NCBI GenBank assembly: GCA_964615545.1
Contig: CAZTNP010000002.1
Span: 1,064-65,063 of the forward strand
Direction: 5' to 3'
Length of the DNA stretch: 64,000 nucleotides
DNA from: an uncultured Oscillospiraceae bacterium
GTDB taxonomy: Bacteria > Bacillota > Clostridia > Oscillospirales > Oscillospiraceae
Shown: piece by piece, positions 27,593-36,608 of the stretch
Numbering within the stretch: position 1 is the stretch's first letter
Layout: every line of letters begins with the position of its first letter
Translations under genes and position numbers: made by a program
The notes under the pieces: generated by a model
Databases searched by the model: none
What the model saw: only the letters and a program-made list of their open reading frames with translations
Told to the model about the DNA's origin: nothing

Positions 27593-29845
27593 TTAAAGCT
27601 CATCAAAGCTTATCTGCTTTTCCGGAACATCCTCCTCCCGCAGGAGTGCACCGGCTGTTGGGATATTTCTGCTACGGTAGCGGGAGACATTGACAATACC
27701 GCTTTCCTCCAGCAAGGCCACACAAGTCAGCACGGCCTTTTTCTTAACGGACATTGCACAAACACCCTGTGTGTTCCGAGTTGTCTTCGGGAGAAGCTGT
27801 GCTGTGGAAATGATTGCCACACGACCATCGCTGGAATACATAGCAATCTGCTGATCCTCCGTGAGTGCCAATGCACCCTTGAGCGGGCTTTTATCGGAAT
27901 AGGCACCTGTCAGCTTCTTACGGTTTGTTTTTGTCTCATAGGCAGAAAGTGGCACCTTTGCAGCCTTGCCGTTTTCGAAGAAGAACACAATGAAGCCCTT
28001 ATAGTCCCCGGGGAGAATGACATAGCGGACATTCTCACCTGCCTCCATAGAAAGCTTTTGGGGCAGATAATCCCCGAGCAGAGAGGCCTTACTGTCCTCA
28101 AAATCCGAAAGCCGGGTTTTATAGCACTGGAACCGGTCTGTGAACACCAAAAGCTCTGCTTTATTGGTGGTTTCCTGACTGAATGCCAGCTTATCCCCTT
28201 CCTTAAACTTCTGCTCGCCGGACATACGCAAGGACTGCTGGGTGATTTTTTTGAGATAGCCTTCCTGAGATACAAACAATCTAACAGGATAGTCCGGCGC
28301 ATCGTCTATTTCTTCCTCCGGCTCCGAAATCGGTGCATCATAGACGATCTCCGTTTTTCTCGGCTGACCGTACTTCTCCGCAACCTCCTTCAACTCGGAA
28401 ATAATGACATTTTTCAGTCTTCGCTTGCTGGAAAGAATATCCTTCAGATCTGCAATTTCCTTTTCCAGCTCGTCCACTGCTTTTAACTGCTTTAAAATGT
28501 ATTCCTTATTGATATTCCGCAGCTTGATCTCTGCCACATAATTTGCCTGGATTTCGTCGATACCAAAGCCGATCATCAGGTTGGGGATGACCTCGTTTTC
28601 CATCTCCGTTTCCCGAATAATATGGATAGCCTTGTCAATATCCAGCAGGATACGCTCCAGGCCCTTCAGCAGATGCAGACGATCTTCCTTTCTGCTGATT
28701 TGGAAATGAATACGGCGCATTACACATTCCGTGCGCCAGGCTGTCCACTCCTCCAGTATTTCCGCAATTCCCATAACGCGGGGCATTCCGGCAATCAGAA
28801 TATTGAAGTTGCAGGCAAAGCTATCCTGCAAGGGAGTCAGGCGGAACAGCTTCTGCATCAGCTTGTCCGGATCCACGCCGCGCTTCAGATCAATGGCAAG
28901 CTTCAGGCCGCTTAAATCTGTTTCGTCACGCATATCGTTGATTTCTTTGATCTTTCCTGCCTTGATCAGCTCTGCGACCTTATCAATAATCACTTCACTG
29001 GCTGTGGAATACGGGATCTCATAGATCTCAATGATATTTTCTTTTTTGAGATAATGCCATTTGGCTCTGAGCTTAAAGCTTCCCCGGCCGGTTGCATAAA
29101 TCTCTCTTGTGGTGGCTTCATCAAACAGCAACTCACCACCGGTGGAAAAATCGGGTCCGGGAAGTGTCTCCAAAATATCGTGCTCCGGGTTATTCATCAG
29201 TGCGATCGTGGTATTGCAGATCTCAGAGAGATTGAAGGAACAGATATTGGAGGCCATACCGACTGCAATGCCCTGATTGGCCGAAACCAGCACATTGGGG
29301 AATGTGGTCGGCAAAAGAGTCGGCTCTTTTCTTGTGGCATCATAGTTATCCACCATGTCCACGGTATCCAAATCAATATCCCGGAAAAGCTCCTCACACA
29401 GCGGTTCCAGCTTTGCCTCTGTATAACGGGAGGCTGCATAGGCCATATCCCGGGAATAAACCTTACCAAAGTTTCCCTTGGAAGCAACAAAGGGGTGCAG
29501 AAGTGTTTCATTACCCCGTGCAAGGCGCACCATAGTCTCATAAATAGCAGCATCGCCGTGGGGATTGAGCTGCATAGTCTGGCCAACAATATTGGCAGAC
29601 TTGGTCATCTTTCCTTTCAGCAAGCCCATTTTATACATAGTATACAGCAGCTTTCTGTGGGAAGGCTTGAAGCCGTCAATCTCCGGGATGGCCCGGGACA
29701 CGATGACAGACATAGCATAGGGCATATAATTGACTTCCAGCGTTTCCGAAATAGCCTGCTCCGTGGTCGATCCCACAAGACCTACCACGTGGCTGGTGTC
29801 AATCTTGCTCATATTGGACTTTGTTTCGTTTTTTTTCCGTGCCAT
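27593..29845 (-). CDS. Type IIA topoisomerase subunit A, ParC-like (no GyrA box)
   Basis: RAIPEIDGFKP, PHGD, catalytic AASRYTE, PGPDF; short CTD lacking QxRGGKG. Confidence 0.88.
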   Translation of the reverse strand: MARKKNETKSNMSKIDTSHVVGLVGSTTEQAISETLEVNYMPYAMSVIVSRAIPEIDGFKPSHRKLLYTMYKMGLLKGKMTKSANIVGQTMQLNPHGDAAIYETMVRLARGNETLLHPFVASKGNFGKVYSRDMAYAASRYTEAKLEPLCEELFRDIDLDTVDMVDNYDATRKEPTLLPTTFPNVLVSANQGIAVGMASNICSFNLSEICNTTIALMNNPEHDILETLPGPDFSTGGELLFDEATTREIYATGRGSFKLRAKWHYLKKENIIEIYEIPYSTASEVIIDKVAELIKAGKIKEINDMRDETDLSGLKLAIDLKRGVDPDKLMQKLFRLTPLQDSFACNFNILIAGMPRVMGIAEILEEWTAWRTECVMRRIHFQISRKEDRLHLLKGLERILLDIDKAIHIIRETEMENEVIPNLMIGFGIDEIQANYVAEIKLRNINKEYILKQLKAVDELEKEIADLKDILSSKRRLKNVIISELKEVAEKYGQPRKTEIVYDAPISEPEEEIDDAPDYPVRLFVSQEGYLKKITQQSLRMSGEQKFKEGDKLAFSQETTNKAELLVFTDRFQCYKTRLSDFEDSKASLLGDYLPQKLSMEAGENVRYVILPGDYKGFIVFFFENGKAAKVPLSAYETKTNRKKLTGAYSDKSPLKGALALTEDQQIAMYSSDGRVAIISTAQLLPKTTRNTQGVCAMSVKKKAVLTCVALLEESGIVNVSRYRSRNIPTAGALLREEDVPEKQISFDEL

Positions 29846-29857
29846 ATTGAACCTCTC

Positions 29858-31846
29858 TTAGGAAATATCGGCCAGCTCCAAATATCTGGCACCGTTTTCC
29901 GCAATAAAATTCTTTCTGTCGTTCAACGCATCGCCCAGCAGTACATCAAAATAGTGGGAGGTACGCTCCGCATCCTCCGGCATAACCTTGATCAGCCGCC
30001 GTGTCTCCGGGTTCATAGTCGTCATCGCCATCATTTCCGGATCATTCTCGCCAAGGCCCTTGGATCGTTGGATGCCGGAGGGCTTATTCCCCTGCAGATC
30101 CTCCCGCAGGATCTTTGCTTTTTCCGCCTCATTATAGGCAAACCACGTTTTATCCTTATATGTGATCTCAAACAGCGGCGATTCCGCAATATAAACATAT
30201 CCGTCCCGAATCAGGGTTGGGCAAAGACGGTACAGCATCGTCAGAATCAGTGTACGGATCTGGAAGCCGTCCACATCCGCATCGGTACAGATAATAACCT
30301 TGCTCCAGCGCAGATTGTCGATATCAAATGAGCTGAGCTCTTTTGATTTTTTCCCCTGAATCTCTACGCCACAACCCAGCACCTTCATCAGATCTGTAAT
30401 AATGGGGGAAGCGAAAATTTTATTATAGTCCGCTTTCAGACAGTTCAGGATCTTGCCGCGAACGGGCATAATACCCTGAAATTCTGCATTTCTGGACTGC
30501 TTGACCGAGCCCAATGCGGAGTCACCCTCCACAATATACAGCTCACGCACTGTATTATCCTTACTGCGGCAATCCACAAATTTCTGCACCCGGTTGGCAA
30601 TATCCACCTTGGCAACAAGGTTTTTCTTAATGTTGCTTTTGGTCTTCTCCGCACTCTCTCTTGCCCGCTTATTGATCAAGATCTGCTCTGCCGCACGGTC
30701 GGCCTCCTGCTTATTTTCCAGGAACCAAACCTGAAGCTTATCCTTAAAAAACGCTGTCATAGCATCCTGCGTAAACTTGGAATTTACGGATTTTTTTGTC
30801 TGGTTTTCAAAGCAACCGATGGTAGAAAAGCAATTTGTGATCAGGACAAGACTATCCTGCACATCCTGATAAATGATTTTGGATTCGTTCTTATTGTATT
30901 TTCCGTTATCCCGCAAATATTTATCAAAGGCAGCCACAAAGCCGCTGCGCACTGCCCGATCCGGGCTGCCGCCGTATTCCAGCCAGGAGGAGTTATGATA
31001 ATACTCTGTATGGCTTACCTGCTTGCTGAAGCAGAAGGAGCAGGTGATCTTGAGCTTCATTTCCGGGCGGTTTTCCGCATCCCGTCCACGGCGCTCTGCC
31101 TCCCAGTAGACCGGCATAGTAAAGGCATTATCCCCGGTCAGCTCCTCCAAATACTGGCGGATACCATCGGCATAACAGAATTCTTCTGTTTCAAATTTAC
31201 CGCCCACCTGATTGCGGAACCGGAAGGTTACACCCTTATTTACAACAGCCTGCCGGCGCAGGACATCCCGATAGTATTCCACAGGAATATTGATATCCGT
31301 AAAAACCTCTTTATCCGGCTTCCAGTGAAACAGGGATCCGGTTTTTTTACGATCGGCAGGCTCTTTTTTCAGCCCCCCCTTGTTTCTTCCCTTTTCGAAA
31401 TGCAGGTCATACCGAAAACCGTCACGGCGAATGGTGGCATCAAAGAACTCGGAGGCATACTGGGTCGCACAGGAGCCCAGTCCATTCAGGCCAAGGGAAT
31501 ATTCATAGTTTTCTCCGTTTTCACCATACTTGCCTCCGGCATACATCTCACAGAAAACCAGCTCCCAGTTATACCGCTTTTCCTTTTCGTTATAGTCCAC
31601 CGGACAGCCGCGGCCAAAGTCCTCCACTTCAATGGAAAGATCTTCATAGCGGGTCACAATGATCGTATCGCCGTGCCCCTCTCTGGCTTCGTCGATGGCA
31701 TTGGAAAGGATCTCAAACACCGCGTGCTTACATCCCTCCAGGTCATCGGAGCCAAAAATAACGGCCGGGCGTTTTCGAACCCGATCCTCTCCCTTCAGCA
31801 TAGAGATGCTGGAATTGCCGTATTGTTCCTGTCTTGTCTTAGCCAT
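29858..31846 (-). CDS. Type IIA topoisomerase subunit B, ParE-like
   Basis: VRKRP, NAIDE, GRG, EGDSA, RGKILN, TDADVDG, KGLGE. Confidence 0.9.
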   Translation of the reverse strand: MAKTRQEQYGNSSISMLKGEDRVRKRPAVIFGSDDLEGCKHAVFEILSNAIDEAREGHGDTIIVTRYEDLSIEVEDFGRGCPVDYNEKEKRYNWELVFCEMYAGGKYGENGENYEYSLGLNGLGSCATQYASEFFDATIRRDGFRYDLHFEKGRNKGGLKKEPADRKKTGSLFHWKPDKEVFTDINIPVEYYRDVLRRQAVVNKGVTFRFRNQVGGKFETEEFCYADGIRQYLEELTGDNAFTMPVYWEAERRGRDAENRPEMKLKITCSFCFSKQVSHTEYYHNSSWLEYGGSPDRAVRSGFVAAFDKYLRDNGKYNKNESKIIYQDVQDSLVLITNCFSTIGCFENQTKKSVNSKFTQDAMTAFFKDKLQVWFLENKQEADRAAEQILINKRARESAEKTKSNIKKNLVAKVDIANRVQKFVDCRSKDNTVRELYIVEGDSALGSVKQSRNAEFQGIMPVRGKILNCLKADYNKIFASPIITDLMKVLGCGVEIQGKKSKELSSFDIDNLRWSKVIICTDADVDGFQIRTLILTMLYRLCPTLIRDGYVYIAESPLFEITYKDKTWFAYNEAEKAKILREDLQGNKPSGIQRSKGLGENDPEMMAMTTMNPETRRLIKVMPEDAERTSHYFDVLLGDALNDRKNFIAENGARYLELADIS

Positions 31847-31884
31847 AGTATCAACCTGCCAAACTCACATAATAAATCGATTAT

Positions 31885-31913
31885 ATTATACCCATTTTAT
31901 GGCAAGAAGTCAA
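31885..31913 (-). promoter_or_regulatory. sigma-A promoter of the topoisomerase operon
   Basis: TTGACT-N17-TATAAT. Confidence 0.7.
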
Positions 31914-31949
31914 TCAAAACCACTCTGTTTCTTCCTTCTTCCAAACATT

Positions 31950-33011
31950 TTACCTGCTGGACAGCCTTTGCGGATCCTCCCAAAATTGGCGAAAGGCGGT
32001 AGGTAAAGCGATGCTCTGCCGAATCGTCTTCTCTGTGTGCCAAAGGAACTTTCCACCGGGCTCACGGACACGGATAAAAAATCCACGCATATTCCACTGT
32101 ATATGGGTAAAAATGTGTTTTCTCTCCACTTGTCGTTCAATTTCCATAATTTGGATATTCTGTTCCTCCAAAAAAGAAATTGCCTGCTGCAAGGAAAGAA
32201 AGCCCTCTGTATGAGGAAATTCCCAGAGACCGGCAAGCAGACCGGAAGTCGGGCGTTTTTGCAGGGCATAGCTGTCATCACATTTCAGCAAAAAAACTGT
32301 CATATTCTCCTGCCGCCGTTGCTTCTTTTCTGCTTTGACAGGGTAGCTTTCCTGTGTCCCATCCCTGCGTGACAGGCAAAAATCGCAGCACGGACAAGCC
32401 TGGCATTCCGGCTTCCGGTTGGGACCGCAGACGGTGGCTCCCAGCTCCATCAGTGCCTGTGTGAAATCTCCGGCCTGTTCCGGATAGATTCGTTGCAGAT
32501 CCTGTGCCACCCGGGTGCGGAAGGCATTATCATCTATAGGGGTACTGTCTGCCAAAAGTCGGCTGTAGATCCGCAGAACGTTCCCATCCACCGCAGGGCT
32601 CTTCTGATCATAAGCAATGGAACAGATGGCGCCGGCTGTGTAAGGGCCAATGCCCGGAAGGGAAAGCACCTGCGCATATTCCCCGGGAAATATCCCCCCA
32701 TATTTTTCCAGGACAACGATTGCCGCTTTTTTCAGATTGCGAACACGGCTGTAATAGCCCAGTCCCTCCCAAAGCTTTGTCAGTTCCTCATCCTTAGCGG
32801 CGGCAAGCGCCTCCACTGTGGGAAGCTGCTGCAGAAAACGGGTAAAATAGCCTTTGACCGCCTCCACGCGGGTCTGCTGGAGCATTATTTCAGAAATCCA
32901 AATGCGATACGGATCCCGATCCTTTCGCCACGGCAAATCCCGCTTATGAAGGGCAAACCATTCGGGCAGTACTTGGGGAAGTTTAGTTAAAACAGAATCC
33001 TTTTCGGTCAT
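31950..33011 (-). CDS. mutY: A/G-specific adenine glycosylase
   Basis: RDLPWR, SEIMLQQT, WEGLGYYSR, HhH LPGIGPYT, VDGNV, FeS cluster C-x6-C-x2-C-x5-C, NUDIX-like GLWEFP. Confidence 0.95.
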   Translation of the reverse strand: MTEKDSVLTKLPQVLPEWFALHKRDLPWRKDRDPYRIWISEIMLQQTRVEAVKGYFTRFLQQLPTVEALAAAKDEELTKLWEGLGYYSRVRNLKKAAIVVLEKYGGIFPGEYAQVLSLPGIGPYTAGAICSIAYDQKSPAVDGNVLRIYSRLLADSTPIDDNAFRTRVAQDLQRIYPEQAGDFTQALMELGATVCGPNRKPECQACPCCDFCLSRRDGTQESYPVKAEKKQRRQENMTVFLLKCDDSYALQKRPTSGLLAGLWEFPHTEGFLSLQQAISFLEEQNIQIMEIERQVERKHIFTHIQWNMRGFFIRVREPGGKFLWHTEKTIRQSIALPTAFRQFWEDPQRLSSR

Positions 33012-33068
33012 ACGATCCTCCGTCAGTAAATACAGCAAGCCCCATCCCGCAACGGGATGGGGAGCATT

Positions 33069-33488
33069 TTACGGAAATACAGTGACAAAATAGAAGAAAA
33101 GCGGCAGCACCAGCGTAAATACACTGATAAGCCAGGGATAGGTCACCCGGCGGGAGCAAAGCACCGCTACAATGGAAAGGGCTGTGATCAGCAGCGGAAC
33201 AATAATTGCAAGGGAGCGGCTGAATTCCAGTACTCGCAGCGCCATATCGTCAGAAGAAAAAGACGGAAAATAAAGGAAAACCGTTTCCGGCAGACGAATT
33301 GCATTGGTCAATGCCATAATCACTGCCGCAAATGCCACAGGTATGCTTAATATTACGCTGCGCAGCTTATAGACCCACGTGCAGATCACAAAAAACAAAT
33401 TGCCATCGCTTTGTGCTTTCTTCTTATCCTTTGCAAACGCCTGACGGATCGCACTGACCCGCTCTTTCAGGGTGTTTAAAAATTTCAT
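33069..33488 (-). CDS. Hypothetical membrane protein
   Basis: About 3 hydrophobic segments; GGAGGTGG RBS. Confidence 0.7.
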   Translation of the reverse strand: MKFLNTLKERVSAIRQAFAKDKKKAQSDGNLFFVICTWVYKLRSVILSIPVAFAAVIMALTNAIRLPETVFLYFPSFSSDDMALRVLEFSRSLAIIVPLLITALSIVAVLCSRRVTYPWLISVFTLVLPLFFYFVTVFP

Positions 33489-33586
33489 AAAGCCACCTCC
33501 GGCCACACTATGCTATTATATTATCACAAAAAACGGCAATATGCAAGTCAGGAATCAAGAATTCAATCTTTCCTACTCCCTTTTTG

Positions 33587-34234
33587 CTATTTTCTATATT
33601 CATACCACTCAGACAGTACTCTCACAGGCAGAAAACCCATTTTTTCGTAAAAAAGCATAGCTTTTTCATTTTGGCTGGCGGCCTCCACTTGAACAACAGC
33701 TTCTGACAATGCATTGCAAAGGGCGGAAAGAACAGCTTGCCCCGCGCCACGCTGTACGGAAGCAAGAAATTCTATCCGGCCGCCGGAAGCCTTTCCTATG
33801 CCCAAAAGCGTATGGTCACGGTGGACAAAATAGCAATCTCCAGCCCCAAGCTGCTGTGCTCTGTCGTAAACAGACATCCACGCAGCATTGGGAATCTGCA
33901 GAGATTTTTGATTGTAAATATCCCGCCACTGGTTCCATGTTTTCTCTGTCACAGGAAAAAGTGCAGCATCCGTCTCCGGAATTTGATTTTTTTCCGCCTG
34001 CAAAAGTATCAGTTGATTGCTGTATGGGTATTTTTCACACGCAGAATGTCCCGAAATATATATTTTTTCCGCACCGGCTGCATAACAGAAATCTGCACAG
34101 TGCTTTAATAATTCCTCCGGAGCTTTCGTTTCCCGAAGAAGAATATATGCTTTTTTCGTGTAGGGGATCTGGGAAAGAGTAATGCCTGCAATTCCGGACT
34201 GTGCTGTAAAAAACGGAAAATCCCGCAATATCAA
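33587..34234 (-). CDS. Putative GNAT-family acetyltransferase
   Basis: C-terminal QRGAG and N.KA..FYEKMGF motifs. Confidence 0.7.
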   Translation of the reverse strand: MILRDFPFFTAQSGIAGITLSQIPYTKKAYILLRETKAPEELLKHCADFCYAAGAEKIYISGHSACEKYPYSNQLILLQAEKNQIPETDAALFPVTEKTWNQWRDIYNQKSLQIPNAAWMSVYDRAQQLGAGDCYFVHRDHTLLGIGKASGGRIEFLASVQRGAGQAVLSALCNALSEAVVQVEAASQNEKAMLFYEKMGFLPVRVLSEWYEYRK

Positions 34235-34390
34235 TTCCCTCCCCTATCCAGCTTTCTATCACACAAGCAAAACTTTTGTGCTTAAAAAGTTGGAGTATTT
34301 CAACAAAAATACGCTAACAATTAAATTTTTACTTGAAGTTTGAAAAAACTGTTATATAATATACACGAATTTACCAAAGGAGGCACTTTT

Positions 34391-34621
34391 ATGAAGAAGA
34401 TCATATGCAAAAAAGAGTACGATACAGAAAATGCAACTTTGATCAAGAAGTACACATACGGCTTTTTCGGTGATCCTGCCGGATATGAGGAGATTTTATT
34501 CCAAACACCTGCCGGACTGTATTTCCTCTATGTCCAGGGCGGCGAGGCTTCTCCCTACCCCACTGCTGATATTCTCCGCCTGGCCAAAAACAAGGTCAAC
34601 GACTGGATGGAGCAGCACTGA
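34391..34621 (+). CDS. Small conserved hypothetical protein
   Basis: AAGGAGG RBS, own promoter and terminator; MKKII.KK.YDTE..YEE.L..T..G.YFLY..GG motif. Confidence 0.8.
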   Translation: MKKIICKKEYDTENATLIKKYTYGFFGDPAGYEEILFQTPAGLYFLYVQGGEASPYPTADILRLAKNKVNDWMEQH

Positions 34622-34634
34622 TTTTTCATCATAC

Positions 34635-34674
34635 ACCCCCATTTGTTCAAGCCGAACAAATGGGGTATTTTTTA
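34635..34674 (+). terminator. Intrinsic terminator
   Basis: ccccatttgttc...gaacaaatgggg followed by a T-run. Confidence 0.8.
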
Positions 34675-34716
34675 TTGCTTCGTAAAAGTCCTGGATAGGC
34701 AGCAACCAATATAACA

Positions 34717-35448
34717 TTAAAATTCTCCGGATGCATACATAACGGCGGAAAGCGCGCAAAGCGGTGCCGTCTCACAGCGCAGAATTCTGCTGCCAAGGGT
34801 GCAGATATGAAAGCCTGCCCGCTTTGCCTGCTCCACTTCCTGAGGCTCCAAGCCTCCCTCCGGACCCGTCAGCAGGGCTAAAGAGGTATATGGTGCATTG
34901 CTTAATGCCATACGCAAGGTAGTAGCGTGCTCATTTTCGTAAAACAATATCGGCAAATCTGTGCTTTTCCCCCGCTCCAAAGCCTCCCGGTAGCTTTTCA
35001 AAACTGTGACCCTTGGGATCACGCCACGGCCGGATTGCTTTGCGGCAGACTCTGCAATTTTCTGCCAGCGTTCCAGCTTCTTTTTCAGGCTTTTATCATC
35101 CGGACGGGAAATACAGCGTTCTGTGGGAAATGCAACGATTTCCCAGGCTCCCAGCTCAGTGGCCTTTTGGATCACGTGCTCCAGCTTATCCGCCTTGGGG
35201 AAAGCCATATAAATACTCACCCGAACCCTGGCTTCTGAGGAAGAGCGCTGCCGCCCCTCAACAGCAAGGCAGAACTGCCCGCCACCGGTTGCACAGACAG
35301 TGCAAACTGCCTCCACCCCCCGTCCATCGCAAAGCAAAACCTGCTCCCCTTCCTTCAGCCGCAGAACCTTAGCATGCTCTGCGTTCTCACCGGTAAGAAC
35401 AAGCTGCTCCTGCTGAAGATCCTCAGATGTAACAAAAAAACGAACCAT
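34717..35448 (-). CDS. rsmE: 16S rRNA m3U1498 methyltransferase
   Basis: H..VLR, KATELG, KQSGR, GPEGG, LGSRILRCETA. Confidence 0.96.
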   Translation of the reverse strand: MVRFFVTSEDLQQEQLVLTGENAEHAKVLRLKEGEQVLLCDGRGVEAVCTVCATGGGQFCLAVEGRQRSSSEARVRVSIYMAFPKADKLEHVIQKATELGAWEIVAFPTERCISRPDDKSLKKKLERWQKIAESAAKQSGRGVIPRVTVLKSYREALERGKSTDLPILFYENEHATTLRMALSNAPYTSLALLTGPEGGLEPQEVEQAKRAGFHICTLGSRILRCETAPLCALSAVMYASGEF

Positions 35449-35517
35449 ATTCTCCCCGCCATTTCCAAAATGCCACTGTGTATTTTACGATATTACGCAT
35501 TTATAATCAGATAAAAT

Positions 35518-35551
35518 AAAAGCACTGAATCCATAGAATTCAGTGCTTTTT
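35518..35551 (-). terminator. Hairpin/terminator after tRNA-Pro
   Basis: aaaagcactgaat...attcagtgctttt. Confidence 0.7.
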
Positions 35552-35628
35552 TGGTCCGAGTGTCGAGATTCGAACTCGAGGCCTCTTGAACCCCATTCAA
35601 GCGCGATACCAAACTTCGCCACACCCGG
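35552..35628 (-). tRNA. tRNA-Pro(GGG)
   Basis: CCGGGTG/CACTCGG acceptor, CTTGA ATGGGGT TCAAG anticodon arm, GTTCGAAT, ACCA end. Confidence 0.95.
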
Positions 35629-35714
35629 ATATAAACTTGCAGTCTTGCAACCGCCTGAGTATAATACCACACAAGTCCCAAAAATGCAAGTCTTTTTTTC
35701 AATATTTTTAAAAA

Positions 35715-35939
35715 TTATTCCCCTGCTTCCGATTTGATTACCTTACCAAGGTTCCAGAGGGAAACTACCTGCTTTTCTGCAGCTACTTTTTCCGTCTCAT
35801 TGCAGTATTCCACATACACTGTGTGTGCACTGCAATCTGTACATTCCACCTGCACATTCCAGCCGCCCTCGTGGACAACCATACCACTGCCCCGGCAAAC
35901 GGGACAGTCCTCTAAAATAAAATTGGGATTGATCTCCAT
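35715..35939 (-). CDS. Small zinc-ribbon protein, Lar (restriction alleviation)-like
   Basis: L..CPVC.G...V.C..C.A and C-terminal WN motif; GGAG RBS. Confidence 0.65.
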   Translation of the reverse strand: MEINPNFILEDCPVCRGSGMVVHEGGWNVQVECTDCSAHTVYVEYCNETEKVAAEKQVVSLWNLGKVIKSEAGE

Positions 35940-35948
35940 ACAAATCTC

Positions 35949-36608
35949 CTATCTGAATATTTCATTATTATGATCATATATTTCCAGCCGGGAACAGCTT
36001 GCAAAGCTTGGCGCCTGATCAGGGCAATGATACCGGATGGCCGCAACAAGCTGCACAGGATTGAGACTGGGATTTTGGCAGCAGATCCGAGCATTTACAG
36101 TAACTGTATGTGCATCCGTCAACGAAAACTGAATGCTTCGGATCATAGAAATAATATCCTGCTCTGCAATCCCGTTTTTGGATTTTTTGGAAACGATCAA
36201 AGAATCCTTTTCAAAGAGAGAACGCAGAATGCTGACATCCTTTTCGGAAACACCGCCGTCATACTCCATAAGGATTCTGGTATCCAAATAGGCCAGCTCC
36301 TTCAGCTTCTTTCCGGCAGGATATACACGCAAAACACGAATACCTGACACCAGTGCATTATTCAGTCTATCGGCTATTTCTTCCAAAGGGTAGCTTTCTC
36401 CCTCAAGCTGGAAATCCAGCAGCTCACAGCAGCTTTCAACACCCACAGAAAGGGGCATAGCAATGGATACCGACGGTCTTGGATTAAAGCCCTGGGTATG
36501 GGTCAGTACCAGCCCTGCGCGCTGAAATGCCCGCTGGAAAAGCCGCATAAGATCCAAATGCGAAATCCAAACTGCATTTCCTTTCTTTTCAAAAAGCAAT
36601 CTAAGCAT
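35949..36608 (-). CDS. TIGR03936 family radical SAM-associated protein
   Basis: F.K.G...ISHLDLMR.FQRA..RAG...TQGFNP.P....PLSVG; follows the TIGR03960 gene. Confidence 0.92.
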   Translation of the reverse strand: MLRLLFEKKGNAVWISHLDLMRLFQRAFQRAGLVLTHTQGFNPRPSVSIAMPLSVGVESCCELLDFQLEGESYPLEEIADRLNNALVSGIRVLRVYPAGKKLKELAYLDTRILMEYDGGVSEKDVSILRSLFEKDSLIVSKKSKNGIAEQDIISMIRSIQFSLTDAHTVTVNARICCQNPSLNPVQLVAAIRYHCPDQAPSFASCSRLEIYDHNNEIFR

